Shown here piece by piece: positions 1 to 10,766 of a stretch of 64,000 nt of DNA; position 1 is the first letter of the stretch, and each line of letters begins with the position of its first letter. Both the position numbers and the translations under genes were made by a program. This stretch comes from Bacteroidota bacterium. Its GTDB lineage: Bacteria; Bacteroidota; Bacteroidia; Chitinophagales; Chitinophagaceae. Under the pieces are notes generated by a model that was not told the DNA's origin, ran no database searches, and saw only the letters and a list, made by a program, of their open reading frames with translations. The stretch lies in NCBI GenBank assembly GCA_023386555.1, contig JAEWJK010000013.1:108193-172192 (forward strand). Direction: 5' to 3'.

Positions 1-33
1 AATTATCATCCATATACAAACCTCACTTCATCT

Positions 34-612
34 TTAATTTTTTAATACAGCCGCCAGGTCAAAACTTTCTTTAGGCTTTTCTACAATCTTCTTCTTCACA
101 AGTATCGTTTCTAACATAGATTTTGCCCTGGTGTATTGACTTCTGCTGGTGCTCTCTTCAATATCCAACATCACAGCTATTTCTTTATGACTGTAACCTT
201 CCAATGCATAAAGATTCAATACAGTTCTATATCCAATTGGTAATAACCTGATACATTCAATCACTTGTTTTGCCTGCATAATTGAAGGCATTGTTTCTTC
301 TTTTACAGAAAGATATCCTGCAAAAGCCAGGTCAACATTTTCATTGAACTTCTTATACTTCTTCAGGAAATTGATACACGTGTGAACGATGATCCTTCTT
401 ATCCAACCTTCGAAAGCTCCCTTATTTTGGAAGGTGTGTATTTGGGTAAATACTTTAATAAAACCTTCCTGTAACATGTCTTCAGCATCTTCCCTGCTTT
501 GTGCAAAGCGGTAACAGACTGAAAGCATCTTAGGGCTATATCTATTGTATAACTCTCGTTGTGATGCAGGATCATTATGCAAACAGCCAAAGATGATAGC
601 TTCTTCTGTCAT
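34..612 (-). CDS. ECF-type RNA polymerase sigma-70 family factor
   Basis: ORF 34..690. Sigma region 2 (EDMLQEGFIKVF...FEGWIRRII) and region 4 HTH (LNLYALEGYSHKEIAVMLDIEESTSRSQYTRAK). Start moved to the ATG at 612 (MTEEAIIFG), which gives a typical ~192 aa ECF length. Confidence 0.85.
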   Translation of the reverse strand: MTEEAIIFGCLHNDPASQRELYNRYSPKMLSVCYRFAQSREDAEDMLQEGFIKVFTQIHTFQNKGAFEGWIRRIIVHTCINFLKKYKKFNENVDLAFAGYLSVKEETMPSIMQAKQVIECIRLLPIGYRTVLNLYALEGYSHKEIAVMLDIEESTSRSQYTRAKSMLETILVKKKIVEKPKESFDLAAVLKN

Positions 613-841
613 TTGTAGGTTTGTCTCAACCCTAAATATAGACAATTTCGGCTTTGAATCACTGCTTCTTCTATGGTAGTTTCTGAACATCCGAAGTACG
701 GTTTTTCATCAATAATCAGATTCGCATCGAATAATCTCCTAAGCAGTTAGTTCGCATTTCCCACACTTACCAATCCTAATCTTTGACAATTATCTACACA
801 TATTAGCTGCATCTAAAACCACCTATCGCTTTTCAAATTTT

Positions 842-872
842 TTTGGTGATTTAATAGCCTTGTATATTTTTG
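842..872 (+). promoter_or_regulatory. Candidate Bacteroidetes-type promoter (TTTG -33, TATTTTTG -7) for the TonB-dependent receptor
   Basis: TTTG at 842-845. After a 19-nt spacer, TATTTTTG at 865-872 matches the TAnnTTTG consensus exactly. It lies 27 nt before the ATG at 899. Confidence 0.4.
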
Positions 873-898
873 CAACATTGTAGCAAATTTTAGATTTT

Positions 899-3283
899 AT
901 GAAGAAATGGATTGGCTTTCTAACTGCGACACTTTGTTTTTCACTGGTTTCGTTCTCGCAAACTAATAGCCTTTCCGGCAAAGTGAAAGATGCAAAAGGA
1001 AACATGTTAGCAGGTGCCTCAATATATGTACATGACGTTAAAACCGGAACTATTTCTGATAGCATTGGCCAATATAAAATTCAATCTCTTCCTGCAGGAA
1101 CATACCTGATAGAAGTTATCTACCTCGGATACAGCTCAATAACTGAAGCTGTAAATATTTCAGGTAATGTAAAACATGATTTTGTGTTAGAAGAAGCTGT
1201 ATTAGAACACCAGGGAGTAATTGTTACAGGTGTGGCTACAGCCACAAAACTCAGGCAAGCAACACAACCCGTAACATTAATTCGGAGAAATGATCTGCAA
1301 AAAACAATTTCTACAAATATTATTGATGCATTAGCAAAAGAACCAGGCATCAGTTCTTTAACTACTGGTCCGGCTATTTCTAAACCTGTTATACGTGGTT
1401 TAGGATATAATAGGATAATTGTTATTAATGATGGTATTAGACAAGAAGGACAGCAATGGGGTGATGAACATGGAATTGAAGTAGATGAATATAGTGTTCA
1501 ACGAGCAGAGATATTGAAAGGACCAGCTTCTTTAATGTATGGAAGTGATGCAATGGCAGGAGTGATCAACTTAATGTCAAATGTTCCGGTTGAAAGAGGT
1601 ACAGTCAAGGGAAATGTTTTTTCCAGTTACATGAGCAATAATGAAATGTTCGGTGTTAATGCAACACTTGCAGGTCATTCAAACAATGGATTTAACTGGA
1701 ATGTATATGGCAGCCATAAATCAGCAGGTGATTACCGCAACAAATATGATGGTCGTGTATTGAATAGCAGGTTTAATGAAAAGAATTTTGGTGGATATCT
1801 TGGAATGAACAAAAACTGGGGGTACAGTCATTTACTGGTTAGCAATTTTAATCAGAGAACCGGATTGATAGAAGGTGAAAGGGATGCTGCCACAGGTGAA
1901 TTTTTATTGTATGGCGGAAGTCCATTGGAAAGAGTTGCACTTGCTGAAGATCTTGATCAAAGAAGGATGATCGCACCTTTTCAACATATCAAACATTTTA
2001 AAGTGGCTTTGGATAACAACATACGATTACCAAAAGGAAGGATGAATGTTATGGTGGGATACCAAAATAATAAACGTCAGGAATTTGGTGATCCAACCGA
2101 TATCAATACACCTGAATTATATTTTGATCTGAATACTATCAATTATAATATTCAATATCATTCCCCATCAGGTAAATCAAGTTGGGCAACGTCTGTGGGA
2201 ATAAATGGAATGCACCAGCAGAACAGCAATCTGGCAGAAGAAGTTTTAATACCGGAGTATAAACAATTTGATATTGGTGCATTCGTATATACTAAAAAAT
2301 CATTTGAAAAGTATACAATAAGCGGAGGTTTACGTGGTGATATGAGAACGCTGACCACTGATGAACTATCAGAGAGTGGAGAAATAAAATTCAGCCATTT
2401 TAAAAGAAATTTCTCTAACATAAGTGGAAGTGTTGGTGTTAGTTATGATATAAGCAAAGACCTTACACTAAAAGCAAACATTGCAAGAGGTTTCCGTGCT
2501 CCGAATGTTGCCGAACTTTCCAGTAATGGTGCACATGAAGGCACTGACAGATACGAATATGGTCAGCAGGATCTGAAATCAGAAACTTCATTTCAGTTTG
2601 ATGCAGGATTAGAGTTAAATACTACTCACTTTGGATTATCAGTCGCTGCTTTTTATAACAATATTCAGAACTATATTTTTTACAGGAAGCTTAATGATGT
2701 TTCAGGAAATGATTCTATCGTTATGGCAGATGGTGAAGCACTTACTGCATTTCGTTTTGATCAATCTGCAGCTTCATTATACGGTTTTGAAGTGAGTTTT
2801 GATCTTCATCCACATCCATTGGATTGGTTACACTTCGAGAATAATTTTTCTTATGTAAGAGGCAAGTTTCATTCAGCAATAGATGGCAATAATAATCTTC
2901 CTTTTATGCCGCCTGCAAAATTGAACAGCGAGATAAGAACAGACTTTAGAAAAGCCGGAAAGTCTTTTTCAAATTTGTATATGCGTTTGGAAATGGAACA
3001 TGTATTCAACCAGGAAAAAATATTCACTACTTATAATACAGAAACAGCAACTCCTGGTTACACCATTTTCAATTTTGGTATGGGCACCGATGTGAAAAGT
3101 AGAAATTCAACTTTGTTCAGCCTGCATGTAGCATTGAATAATTTTACAGATGTTGCTTATCAAAATCATTTAAGTCGTTTAAAATATACTGCAGTAAATA
3201 ATGTTACCGGAAGAATGGGTGTATTTAATATGGGTAGAAATTTTAGTTTAAAGTTGAATGTACCTTTGAATTTTAAAATGTAG
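899..3283 (+). CDS. TonB-dependent receptor with N-terminal carboxypeptidase-regulatory-like domain
   Basis: 794 aa. Signal peptide, then a CarboxypepD_reg-like segment (SGKVKDAKGNMLAGASIYV...YLIEVIYLGYSS). Plug motifs (VIRGLG, NRIIVINDGIRQE) and a C-terminal beta-barrel ending in an aromatic-rich terminus (...LNFKM). Confidence 0.9.
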   Translation: MKKWIGFLTATLCFSLVSFSQTNSLSGKVKDAKGNMLAGASIYVHDVKTGTISDSIGQYKIQSLPAGTYLIEVIYLGYSSITEAVNISGNVKHDFVLEEAVLEHQGVIVTGVATATKLRQATQPVTLIRRNDLQKTISTNIIDALAKEPGISSLTTGPAISKPVIRGLGYNRIIVINDGIRQEGQQWGDEHGIEVDEYSVQRAEILKGPASLMYGSDAMAGVINLMSNVPVERGTVKGNVFSSYMSNNEMFGVNATLAGHSNNGFNWNVYGSHKSAGDYRNKYDGRVLNSRFNEKNFGGYLGMNKNWGYSHLLVSNFNQRTGLIEGERDAATGEFLLYGGSPLERVALAEDLDQRRMIAPFQHIKHFKVALDNNIRLPKGRMNVMVGYQNNKRQEFGDPTDINTPELYFDLNTINYNIQYHSPSGKSSWATSVGINGMHQQNSNLAEEVLIPEYKQFDIGAFVYTKKSFEKYTISGGLRGDMRTLTTDELSESGEIKFSHFKRNFSNISGSVGVSYDISKDLTLKANIARGFRAPNVAELSSNGAHEGTDRYEYGQQDLKSETSFQFDAGLELNTTHFGLSVAAFYNNIQNYIFYRKLNDVSGNDSIVMADGEALTAFRFDQSAASLYGFEVSFDLHPHPLDWLHFENNFSYVRGKFHSAIDGNNNLPFMPPAKLNSEIRTDFRKAGKSFSNLYMRLEMEHVFNQEKIFTTYNTETATPGYTIFNFGMGTDVKSRNSTLFSLHVALNNFTDVAYQNHLSRLKYTAVNNVTGRMGVFNMGRNFSLKLNVPLNFKM

Positions 3284-3520
3284 TCTCACGAGATTGCTTA
3301 CATAAGTATTACACAAGTAGCTTCCCTTCGATTAGAATTTAGATAACTTGTTTGGCAATCTTGATAAAAGCCGGGTTCCGTCAGGCTATTTAGCTCCTTA
3401 TGGATTGGATATTGCTGATAAGGATAATTTGAACACATATTAAATTTTTTAAATTTTAATCCTGTTTACCTCGCTTTCTTATTTATCTGGTTTAGCTTTA
3501 GTATCTCTCAACCCTACAGT

Positions 3521-4054
3521 ATGAGAAACACACCAATTATCCTGATTCTACTCTCACTTGCATTCATTACATGCAAAAAGAAAACTGAACTTACTGAACT
3601 GGAAAAATTACCACCTGCAACAAGGGAAGGTAAAAATACTTTTGGTTGCTTGATCAATGGAAAAGCATGGACACCAAAAGGATATAGGCCCAACACTCCA
3701 AACTATTATATTGTAGTAGACCCAGGATTCGCTGATGGAGATTTGAGTATTAGAACTTACAGAATAGATAATGGTATCTATGAATCAATAACAATTAATT
3801 CAGATTCCGTTAAGACAATTGGCGATTATCAGATTGATAATTTTAAAAGGACTAGAGCTATTTATAGAAAATGGACAGAAGGTCTAACTCAACTAATATG
3901 TGATGTGGAAGGAAAGGGAACCTTGACAATAACGAAATACGATCTGGCAAATGGGATTATTTCCGGCACATTTGAATTTGCAATGGTAAATCCTGCATGT
4001 GGGTATGGAGATACCATCAGAGTGGCTAATGGAAGATTTGATAAGAAACTTTAA
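3521..4054 (+). CDS. Hypothetical lipoprotein
   Basis: 177 aa. Signal peptide with a lipobox-like LAFITC. No motif I recognise firmly. Confidence 0.55.
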   Translation: MRNTPIILILLSLAFITCKKKTELTELEKLPPATREGKNTFGCLINGKAWTPKGYRPNTPNYYIVVDPGFADGDLSIRTYRIDNGIYESITINSDSVKTIGDYQIDNFKRTRAIYRKWTEGLTQLICDVEGKGTLTITKYDLANGIISGTFEFAMVNPACGYGDTIRVANGRFDKKL

Positions 4055-4113
4055 ATAAACCCTTTCATTCAAAAAACAATCGCTTTTTCTTTCTTAATCT
4101 AAAAGTTAACCTG

Positions 4114-4778
4114 ATGAAAAAAATTACATCATTGGTATTAGCACTGCTATGCATTTCCTTAAGTAATGCCAGGTTGGCCCAACGGCAACCGTGATTACAG
4201 GACCATATGATGCTACTCTTAATGCATTGGTAGATCCGGCTTGTGTTGGAGACGAATATTATTTTTACGCTAATGAAACCTCTACTGTATTCCCGGCTAC
4301 TTCATACGCATGGACTTTGTTTCCGCCAACAGGCTTTCCCACCATGCATAGTGGCGTTCAACCTGATGTAACTTTTGATGAATTTGGAACCCACACTATG
4401 CAGGTAACAAAAAACACAAACTGTGGCAGTATAACCAGCTTTATTGAGTTTGATGTGCAGGAATGTTATTTTGCTTTTGGCGCTTATCCCAACCCATCAT
4501 ATGGAACACTTATAATAGATCCCAATGGTAGCGATAGCTCAGGAAATAATGCTTATAATAAAAGGGCTAAAACAAACATTAAAAAAACTGCCCAAAACAG
4601 AATTATTCAGAAAATAAATCTATACGACATAAACGGGAGACTAATGAAAGCCATAGCAGTGGGTAAACCGGGCTTATTTACAATTGATGTTAGTGATATG
4701 ACGTCCGGAATGTATATTGTTGAAGTTTACGGCAACAACGGCAGGGTACAGCGAAAGAAAATAATCATACAGCGATAA
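4114..4778 (+). pseudogene. Frameshifted secreted protein with T9SS C-terminal sorting domain
   Basis: ATG at 4114 encodes a clean signal peptide (MKKITSLVLALLCISLSNA) and hits TGA at 4192-4194. The 195-aa body (ORF 4191..4778, GTG start) is in the -1 frame and is open back to 4167. The C-terminus is a T9SS CTD (AYPNPSYGTL...LYDINGRLM...GMYIVEVYGNNGRVQRKKIIIQ). Confidence 0.55.
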
Positions 4779-4791
4779 CATTTTTAAAATA

Positions 4792-4822
4792 AGAGTCGGC
4801 CTACAAACCGGCTCTTTTTTTT
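4792..4822 (+). terminator. Rho-independent terminator
   Basis: Stem agagtcgg / ccggctct with one mismatch, followed by T8. Confidence 0.65.
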
Positions 4823-4958
4823 ACATCTTCCTGAAGCGCTTTTTATGCGAAAATTGCTTTAGTACTTTGCTGAGGTTTATCAGGCATTTCCAATTCTTTA
4901 TGTTGTATTTTGCACCACTTTTTGAATGATTAATTCGGAAGGAAAACTGCTGAATAAA

Positions 4959-4996
4959 GTTCAGAACGTTGAAGTGAGTGACACAACAATCGATGC
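4959..4996 (-). repeat. Dispersed intergenic repeat, copy 1 (core type A, long form)
   Basis: gttcagaacgttgaagtgagtgacacaacaatcgatgc. The reverse complement carries the core TTGTGTCACTCACTT. It ends 37 nt upstream of the maeB ATG. Confidence 0.8.
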
Positions 4997-5032
4997 TATA
5001 ATAACTAACAGTTGGTCACCTAAAAATGTAAC

Positions 5033-7372
5033 ATGGAAAAATCTAAAGGATTAAGAAAAGAGCAGGCATTAGAGTATCATGCCAAAGGAAGACCTGGGAA
5101 AATAGAAGTTATTCCTACCAAAGAAGCAAAAACGCAAAGAGATCTATCGTTAGCATATAGTCCGGGTGTTGCAGAACCTTGTAAAGAAATCGCAGCCAAC
5201 CCTGAAGATGTTTATAAATACACTGCAAAAGGAAATTTAGTTGGCGTTATAAGCAATGGAACTGCTGTTTTAGGTTTGGGTGATATTGGTCCCGAAGCCG
5301 GCAAACCTGTAATGGAAGGTAAAGGTGTTTTGTTCAAAATATTTGCTGATATAGATGTGTTTGATATTGAGATCAACGAGAAAGACCCGGTGAAATTTGT
5401 TGAGATAGTAAAATCGTTAGAGCCAACTTTCGGAGGTATAAATCTCGAAGATATCAAGGCTCCGGAATGTTTTTATATTGAACAAAAGCTGAAAGAGGTT
5501 TGTAAGATTCCAATTATGCATGATGATCAGCATGGAACGGCTATCATCAGTGCTGCAGCATTATTGAATGCATTGGAAATTCAGAAGAAAAAAATTGAAA
5601 AGATAAAGATTGTAGTGAATGGTGCCGGAGCTGCAGCAATGGCTTGTGTGTTATTATATGAAGCACTGGGTGCAAAACATACGAATGTTACCATGTTTGA
5701 TAGGAAAGGTGTGATACATTCAGGCAGAACCGACCTGGAAGAAGAAAAAAAACGTTTTGCCAATACAAGAAACACTGAATGCACTTTGGTTGAAGCAATG
5801 AAAGATGCTGATGTGTTTATCGGACTCAGTGCAGGTAATGTTGTTACACCGGAAATGGTGAAGAGCATGGCAAAAAATCCTATTGTTTTTGCGATGGCTA
5901 ATCCAGATCCTGAGATCAGTTATGAAGCTGCTACTGCTGTACGCAAAGACATCATCATGGCAACAGGCAGAAGCGATTATCCTAACCAGGTAAATAATGT
6001 ACTGGGATTTCCTTACATTTTCCGTGGTGCTTTAGATGTAAGAGCAACTACTATCAATGAAGCAATGAAACTTGCTGCTGTAAGAGCTTTGGCTGATCTT
6101 GCCAAAACACCTGTGCCCGATATGGTGAATCTTGCTTACAATCAAAAGAGTATGAGTTTCGGACCTGATTATATCATTCCAAAACCGGTTGATCCTCGTT
6201 TATTATCAACTGTTGCACCAGCTGTTGCCAAAGCTGCCATTGATAGTGGTGTAGCTCAACATCCAATCACAAACTGGGAGGCTTATAAAGTAAGTTTAGA
6301 TAAAAGGCTTGGATTAGATAATCAATTGATAAGAGTACTTGGATCAAAAGCAAGAAGAGATCCACGTAGATTGGTTTTTGCTGAAGCCGATAATCAGAAG
6401 ATATTGAAAGCAGCAACCATTGTTTATGATGAAGGAATTGCTTTGCCAATTTTGTTAGGCGATGCAAATAAGATAAAAAAGATCGCGGAAGAGAATTTAC
6501 TCGACATTTCTGATATGCCGATCATCGATCCAAGAAGTGATGAGATGGAGGAGAAGCGAAATGTATATGGAGAAATATTCTTTGGAAAACGTCAGCGTAA
6601 AGGCTTCAACTATTACGAGAGTAAGAAGATGATGAAAGACAGGAATCATTTCGGTGCAATGATGGTTGAAATGGGTGATGCTGATGCAATGATCTCTGGT
6701 CTTACAAGAAATTATGCTGATGCCATTCGTCCGGCTTTGAATATTATCGGAATGGAAGAAGGAGTAAAGAAACTAGCTGGAATGTATCTTTTGCTCACCA
6801 AAAAAGGTCCGTTATTCCTTGCTGATACTACAGTCAATTTCAATCCTACAGCAGAAGAACTTGCAGATATTGCTTTGATGGTTGCAAAAGCAGTAAAAGC
6901 TTTCAACATTACTCCGAGAATAGCCATGCTCAGCTATAGCAACTTCGGTAGCAGTGATTCTCCTGAAGCAAGATTAGTAGCCAAAGCCACTCAATTAGTA
7001 AAGGAAAGAAATCCATCCCTGATCATTGATGGAGAGATGCAGGCAAGTCTTCCGTTTAATAAAGAGATACTGAAAGATAATTATCCATTTAGCGAGTTGG
7101 TTAACGAACAAGTGAATGTTCTCATCTTCCCAAATCTGGCTGCAGGTAATGTGGCATATAATTTATTGAGAGAAGTGGGTGATGCAGATGCTATCGGACC
7201 CATTTTGTTAGGCTTGAAGAAACCAGTTCATGTTTTACAACTGGGAAGCAGTGTTCGCAGCATCATAAATATGGCGAATATTGCAGTGGTGGATGCACAG
7301 ATGAAAAGCAGTGTAAACACCGAGGAAATTCAGAAGTCTCCCTGGTGGAAACGGAAAAGAAATAAGAAGTAA
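5033..7372 (+). CDS. maeB: NADP-dependent malic enzyme (malic enzyme domain fused to a PTA-like domain)
   Basis: 779 aa. N-terminus [13 protein letters not shown]...[10 protein letters not shown]...[17 protein letters not shown] and a C-terminal phosphate acetyltransferase-like half. Confidence 0.92.
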   Translation: MEKSKGLRKEQALEYHAKGRPGKIEVIPTKEAKTQRDLSLAYSPGVAEPCKEIAANPEDVYKYTAKGNLVGVISNGTAVLGLGDIGPEAGKPVMEGKGVLFKIFADIDVFDIEINEKDPVKFVEIVKSLEPTFGGINLEDIKAPECFYIEQKLKEVCKIPIMHDDQHGTAIISAAALLNALEIQKKKIEKIKIVVNGAGAAAMACVLLYEALGAKHTNVTMFDRKGVIHSGRTDLEEEKKRFANTRNTECTLVEAMKDADVFIGLSAGNVVTPEMVKSMAKNPIVFAMANPDPEISYEAATAVRKDIIMATGRSDYPNQVNNVLGFPYIFRGALDVRATTINEAMKLAAVRALADLAKTPVPDMVNLAYNQKSMSFGPDYIIPKPVDPRLLSTVAPAVAKAAIDSGVAQHPITNWEAYKVSLDKRLGLDNQLIRVLGSKARRDPRRLVFAEADNQKILKAATIVYDEGIALPILLGDANKIKKIAEENLLDISDMPIIDPRSDEMEEKRNVYGEIFFGKRQRKGFNYYESKKMMKDRNHFGAMMVEMGDADAMISGLTRNYADAIRPALNIIGMEEGVKKLAGMYLLLTKKGPLFLADTTVNFNPTAEELADIALMVAKAVKAFNITPRIAMLSYSNFGSSDSPEARLVAKATQLVKERNPSLIIDGEMQASLPFNKEILKDNYPFSELVNEQVNVLIFPNLAAGNVAYNLLREVGDADAIGPILLGLKKPVHVLQLGSSVRSIINMANIAVVDAQMKSSVNTEEIQKSPWWKRKRNKK

Positions 7373-7426
7373 AAGTTGACGGTTGACAATATACTTGGAA
7401 GATAATTTGGAATTTTAAATTATAAC

Positions 7427-8173
7427 ATGCGATTCTTTACACATTTCGGCAGATACCTACTTATGCTCAAGGCTATGTTTAAAAGGCCTGAAAATGCAAA
7501 AATGTATTGGAAAGAATTCATGCATCAATGTGTTGAGATTGGCATTGGATCTCTTCCCATTGTTATTATCATTTCTTTATTCCTTGGTGCAGTAACTACT
7601 GTGCAAACAGCCTATCAGCTGGTTACACCACTTGTTCCCAAAGCTACTATAGCACAGATTGTAAGAGATAGCATGATCCTTGAACTTTCTCCTACTGTTG
7701 TAAGTATTGTTTTAGCTGGTGTAGTAGGTAGTAAAATAGCAAGTGAGTTAGGTAACATGCGAACGACCGAACAAATTGATGCTTTAGAAATAATGGGCAT
7801 CAATACTAAAACTTACTTAGTACTACCAAAAGTTGTCGGGGCTTTATTAATGATACCTTGTTTAATTGCCATTTCTGCAGCCTTAGGTATTTGGGGTGGA
7901 AGAATGGCCGGCTCAATGTCACAGATAATTGCTACAGATATTTTTGATATGGGTCTTCGGCAGAACTTCACACCATTCAATGTTACATTCGCTTTAAGTA
8001 AAGCTTACACTTTTGCATTTATCATCAGCAGTGTATCAGCATATTTTGGTTATTATGTCAAAGGTGGTGCTTTAGAAATAGGAAGAGCAAGTACTACTGC
8101 TGTAGTTACAACTTGTATCCTTATTCTTCTGGCAGATTATGTATTGGCTGCATTAATGTTACCTGGTCAATAA
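7427..8173 (+). CDS. mlaE: MlaE/YrbE-family ABC transporter permease
   Basis: 248 aa polytopic protein. Motifs GIGSLPIV...AVTTVQTAYQL...REL.P...VGS.IASELG.MR.TEQIDALE.MGIN. Confidence 0.85.
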   Translation: MRFFTHFGRYLLMLKAMFKRPENAKMYWKEFMHQCVEIGIGSLPIVIIISLFLGAVTTVQTAYQLVTPLVPKATIAQIVRDSMILELSPTVVSIVLAGVVGSKIASELGNMRTTEQIDALEIMGINTKTYLVLPKVVGALLMIPCLIAISAALGIWGGRMAGSMSQIIATDIFDMGLRQNFTPFNVTFALSKAYTFAFIISSVSAYFGYYVKGGALEIGRASTTAVVTTCILILLADYVLAALMLPGQ

Positions 8174-8200
8174 TTATTTTTCCGGCTTTATATTTTCATG

Positions 8201-8239
8201 GCATCGTCTGTTGTGTCACTCACTTCATCGTTCTGAAAC
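8201..8239 (+). repeat. Dispersed intergenic repeat, copy 2 (type A, long form)
   Basis: gcatcgtctgttgtgtcactcacttcatcgttctgaaac. Confidence 0.8.
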
Positions 8240-8285
8240 ATTATGATCTGTTCAAACTGTCTTACAATTACTGTAGTTTAGTATC

Positions 8286-8771
8286 ATGAACCCAGGCTTT
8301 GCAAAATTCAGAAACAAGATCATAAATCCTGTTGCATACAGGTTGTTTCTGCTAAATAAACTTCCGCTTGTTTATTTTACCGGGATAAGAATAGCTCAGT
8401 TATCAGAATCATCTTGCATCACCACAGCTTCTTATAAATGGATCAACCAAAATCCATTTAAGTCAATGTATTTCGCAGTAATGCAAATGGCAGCAGAACT
8501 TAGCACAGGAGTATTATGTATGGGCAATATTTATGAACAAGATCCTGCCGTAAGTATGTTAGTAATAAAAACAGAAGGTGTTTATCATAAGAAAGCAACT
8601 GGTAAGGTCAGTTTTACTTGTAATGATGGTACAATGATTAGTGAAATAGTTGAAAGAACAAAGGTTACCGGAGATGGATATCCTGTAAAATGTTATTCAG
8701 TTGCTACCAATACCGATGGAGAAATAATTGCAGAATTTTGGATCACCTGGAGTTTGAAAAGAAGGAAATAG
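8286..8771 (+). CDS. DUF4442-like (hotdog/thioesterase-fold) protein
   Basis: 161 aa. The N-terminal pattern (YRLFLLNKLP...FTGIRI) matches my recollection of DUF4442. Family assignment is from memory only. Confidence 0.5.
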   Translation: MNPGFAKFRNKIINPVAYRLFLLNKLPLVYFTGIRIAQLSESSCITTASYKWINQNPFKSMYFAVMQMAAELSTGVLCMGNIYEQDPAVSMLVIKTEGVYHKKATGKVSFTCNDGTMISEIVERTKVTGDGYPVKCYSVATNTDGEIIAEFWITWSLKRRK

Positions 8772-8795
8772 TTTAATTCAAACATTACTTAACAA

Positions 8796-9422
8796 ATGGA
8801 CTTTATAACAGAGGATATCATCAAAGTCATTATTGCTTTGATCGCTGGTGCCTGTTTAGGATTTGAAAGAGAATTTCATGATAAACCCGCAGGTTTCAGA
8901 ACACTTGCATTGATCTGTATTGGGTCAACGATTTTTACCATCATTTCAGAAAAATATTTTCACCAGGATAGAGTTGCATCAAACATTGTAACAGGTATTG
9001 GCTTTCTTGGTGCAGGGGTGATGTTGAAAGAAGGGTTGACTGTTAAAGGCATCACCACCGCATCAACTATTTGGGTAACTGCAGCTATCGGTATGACCAT
9101 TGGAGTAGGTGCTTATGTTCTGGCAGCAGTTGAACTTTTTCTTGTATTATCAACGCTAGTTATTTTAAACAAATTTGAACGTGCCTTACAGGCTATCATC
9201 CAAAAAAGAAGTTACGAGATCATCTTCAAGCCTGATAGTCATTCTATTGATAATTTAGAAGCACAGCTTAAAACACTTGGTGTTACTTTTTCAAGATCGC
9301 AACTAAAAAAGAACTCGAACCGGATAGTAGTTATTTATCGAATAACGGCAGGCCGTAAAGTTCATGTACTAATCAGTCATTTATTGGCTGATAATGATGC
9401 CATTGAAGCCTTTGAAGTGTAA
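8796..9422 (+). CDS. MgtC/SapB family membrane protein
   Basis: 208 aa. GACLGFEREFHDKPAGFRT..LICIGST...GIGFLGAGVM...GITTA.TIW..AAIGM.IG. Confidence 0.85.
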   Translation: MDFITEDIIKVIIALIAGACLGFEREFHDKPAGFRTLALICIGSTIFTIISEKYFHQDRVASNIVTGIGFLGAGVMLKEGLTVKGITTASTIWVTAAIGMTIGVGAYVLAAVELFLVLSTLVILNKFERALQAIIQKRSYEIIFKPDSHSIDNLEAQLKTLGVTFSRSQLKKNSNRIVVIYRITAGRKVHVLISHLLADNDAIEAFEV

Positions 9423-9460
9423 CGGCTTAGATATTGCATATCATCTGTAAATGGTGCTGT

Positions 9461-9724
9461 ATGTTAGACAAATCTGCAATATTTGCTTTTGATACTTACT
9501 TTGATAATGAGGGGAAAGCAATGCTTCTTGAAGTCTTCATCCATTACAATTCAGATAATACACATTATTATTATTGTATCGTTGCAGATAAACATGAATA
9601 TGTTTTTGCCAGAAGGGACGATGGAATTTGGATAGATACGAAAACTGGTAAAACCGATCTTGCTGCACAAATAGGGATTATCATTGAAAGAGAGTTAAGT
9701 ATAAATCATACATCACGTCACTAA
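9461..9724 (+). CDS. Hypothetical protein
   Basis: ORF 9434..9724 has a TTG start; the first ATG is at 9461. No recognisable motif. Confidence 0.3.
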   Translation: MLDKSAIFAFDTYFDNEGKAMLLEVFIHYNSDNTHYYYCIVADKHEYVFARRDDGIWIDTKTGKTDLAAQIGIIIERELSINHTSRH

Positions 9725-9902
9725 CATTTCCTCACTAATAATGGAATGTGTTTTGCTTTTTGTGTACTTACTACTACATGCAATTTGATTTCTTTAGTTC
9801 CTAAAAGTGTTCTTAATTGTTAATCATAGTCTTTGCCTTTTGGCATAGTGTTGAAGGAATTTTCCTGCACTTACTAATTAGATAACTAAAATTGTTTTCG
9901 CT

Positions 9903-10202
9903 ATGCCAAGTTCAAGAAACGATCAGAGAGGTCAAAATACAGGGAATGACCGTGGTACTAATCCATCAGGCAGATCAAATCGTGGTTTTGCTGCAATGAA
10001 TAAAGAAGAACAAAGAGAAATTGCCCGTAAAGGTGGTGAAGCTGTTAGTCGTAACAGAGAACACATGGCCGAAATCGGTCGTAGAGGTGGTGAAGCTTCA
10101 GGCAGTAATCGCAGTAAAGCAAACCAGGCTCAAAATCAACTTCAGAATCAGCCACAATCTTCCAATTTGGGATCAAACATTCCTGGGGAGGAAAATCTTT
10201 AA
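9903..10202 (+). CDS. KGG-repeat general stress protein
   Basis: 99 aa, hydrophilic. Repeated KGGEA/RGGEA stress-induced acidophilic repeat motif (REIARKGGEAVSRNREHMAEIGRRGGEASG). Confidence 0.7.
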   Translation: MPSSRNDQRGQNTGNDRGTNPSGRSNRGFAAMNKEEQREIARKGGEAVSRNREHMAEIGRRGGEASGSNRSKANQAQNQLQNQPQSSNLGSNIPGEENL

Positions 10203-10210
10203 TATTCAGA

Positions 10211-10243
10211 GTGGTAAGTCAGAGGCTTACCACTTTGTTTTAT
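10211..10243 (+). terminator. Rho-independent terminator, possibly bidirectional
   Basis: Stem gtggtaag (10211-18) / cttaccac (10226-33), then tttgttttatt. Confidence 0.55.
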
Positions 10244-10512
10244 TATTTTTCCACGGAAAATGAAGTTTCAATTGCCTGTTTAAGCTTATCACTCAATGGA
10301 CTAGCATTATGTGGCTTAATTTCGGCTTTCTTCTCATCCCATTCAAACATCAGCACTTCATTTTGGAGGAGTGCTTTGGCATTCATATTATCTTCAGGAG
10401 CCCAGCAATGAAAAACAAGTTCATTTTTACTGGTGTTGTGCATCTTTTTAACAATGAACCGATAAGATGTCTTGTTAAGTTCTATTTCTAATGATTGAAT
10501 ACTTATTTGCAT
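10243..10512 (-). CDS. Hypothetical protein
   Basis: 89-aa ORF, the only long frame here. No motif recognised. Confidence 0.35.
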   Translation of the reverse strand: MQISIQSLEIELNKTSYRFIVKKMHNTSKNELVFHCWAPEDNMNAKALLQNEVLMFEWDEKKAEIKPHNASPLSDKLKQAIETSFSVEK

Positions 10513-10735
10513 GATTAATGGTTTAACTGTTTCCAGGAATTAGGATACAGTAGTTACAATTTTTTCATGCGTGGCGGAAGTGATGTAGCACCTGTAAAAA
10601 CAGGCTGGGGTATTTTTCAGAAATGAAAGTGCTAGGTCTGCTCAAGCACCAACATAAATAATTGTAGTGCAATCTACGTTAGTTGTCAATCATATTAGAT
10701 TAAAATACTAATTGATTGTACATTAAGGCAATAAA

Positions 10736-10764
10736 AGAAAAAAACCTCACAAATTGAGGTTTTT
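10736..10764 (-). terminator. Terminator downstream of tRNA-Glu
   Basis: Stem aacctca / tgaggtt with A-run and T-run on either side. On the minus strand the hairpin is followed by a U-run. Confidence 0.6.
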
Positions 10765-10766
10765 AG

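Noticed and set aside
10021-10491. ORFs 10021..10263, 10211..10411 and 10309..10491
   Set aside because: They overlap the KGG stress gene, the terminator or the 10243..10512 ORF in other frames, and they have no motifs. Only the KGG gene and, weakly, the minus-strand 89-aa ORF are kept.
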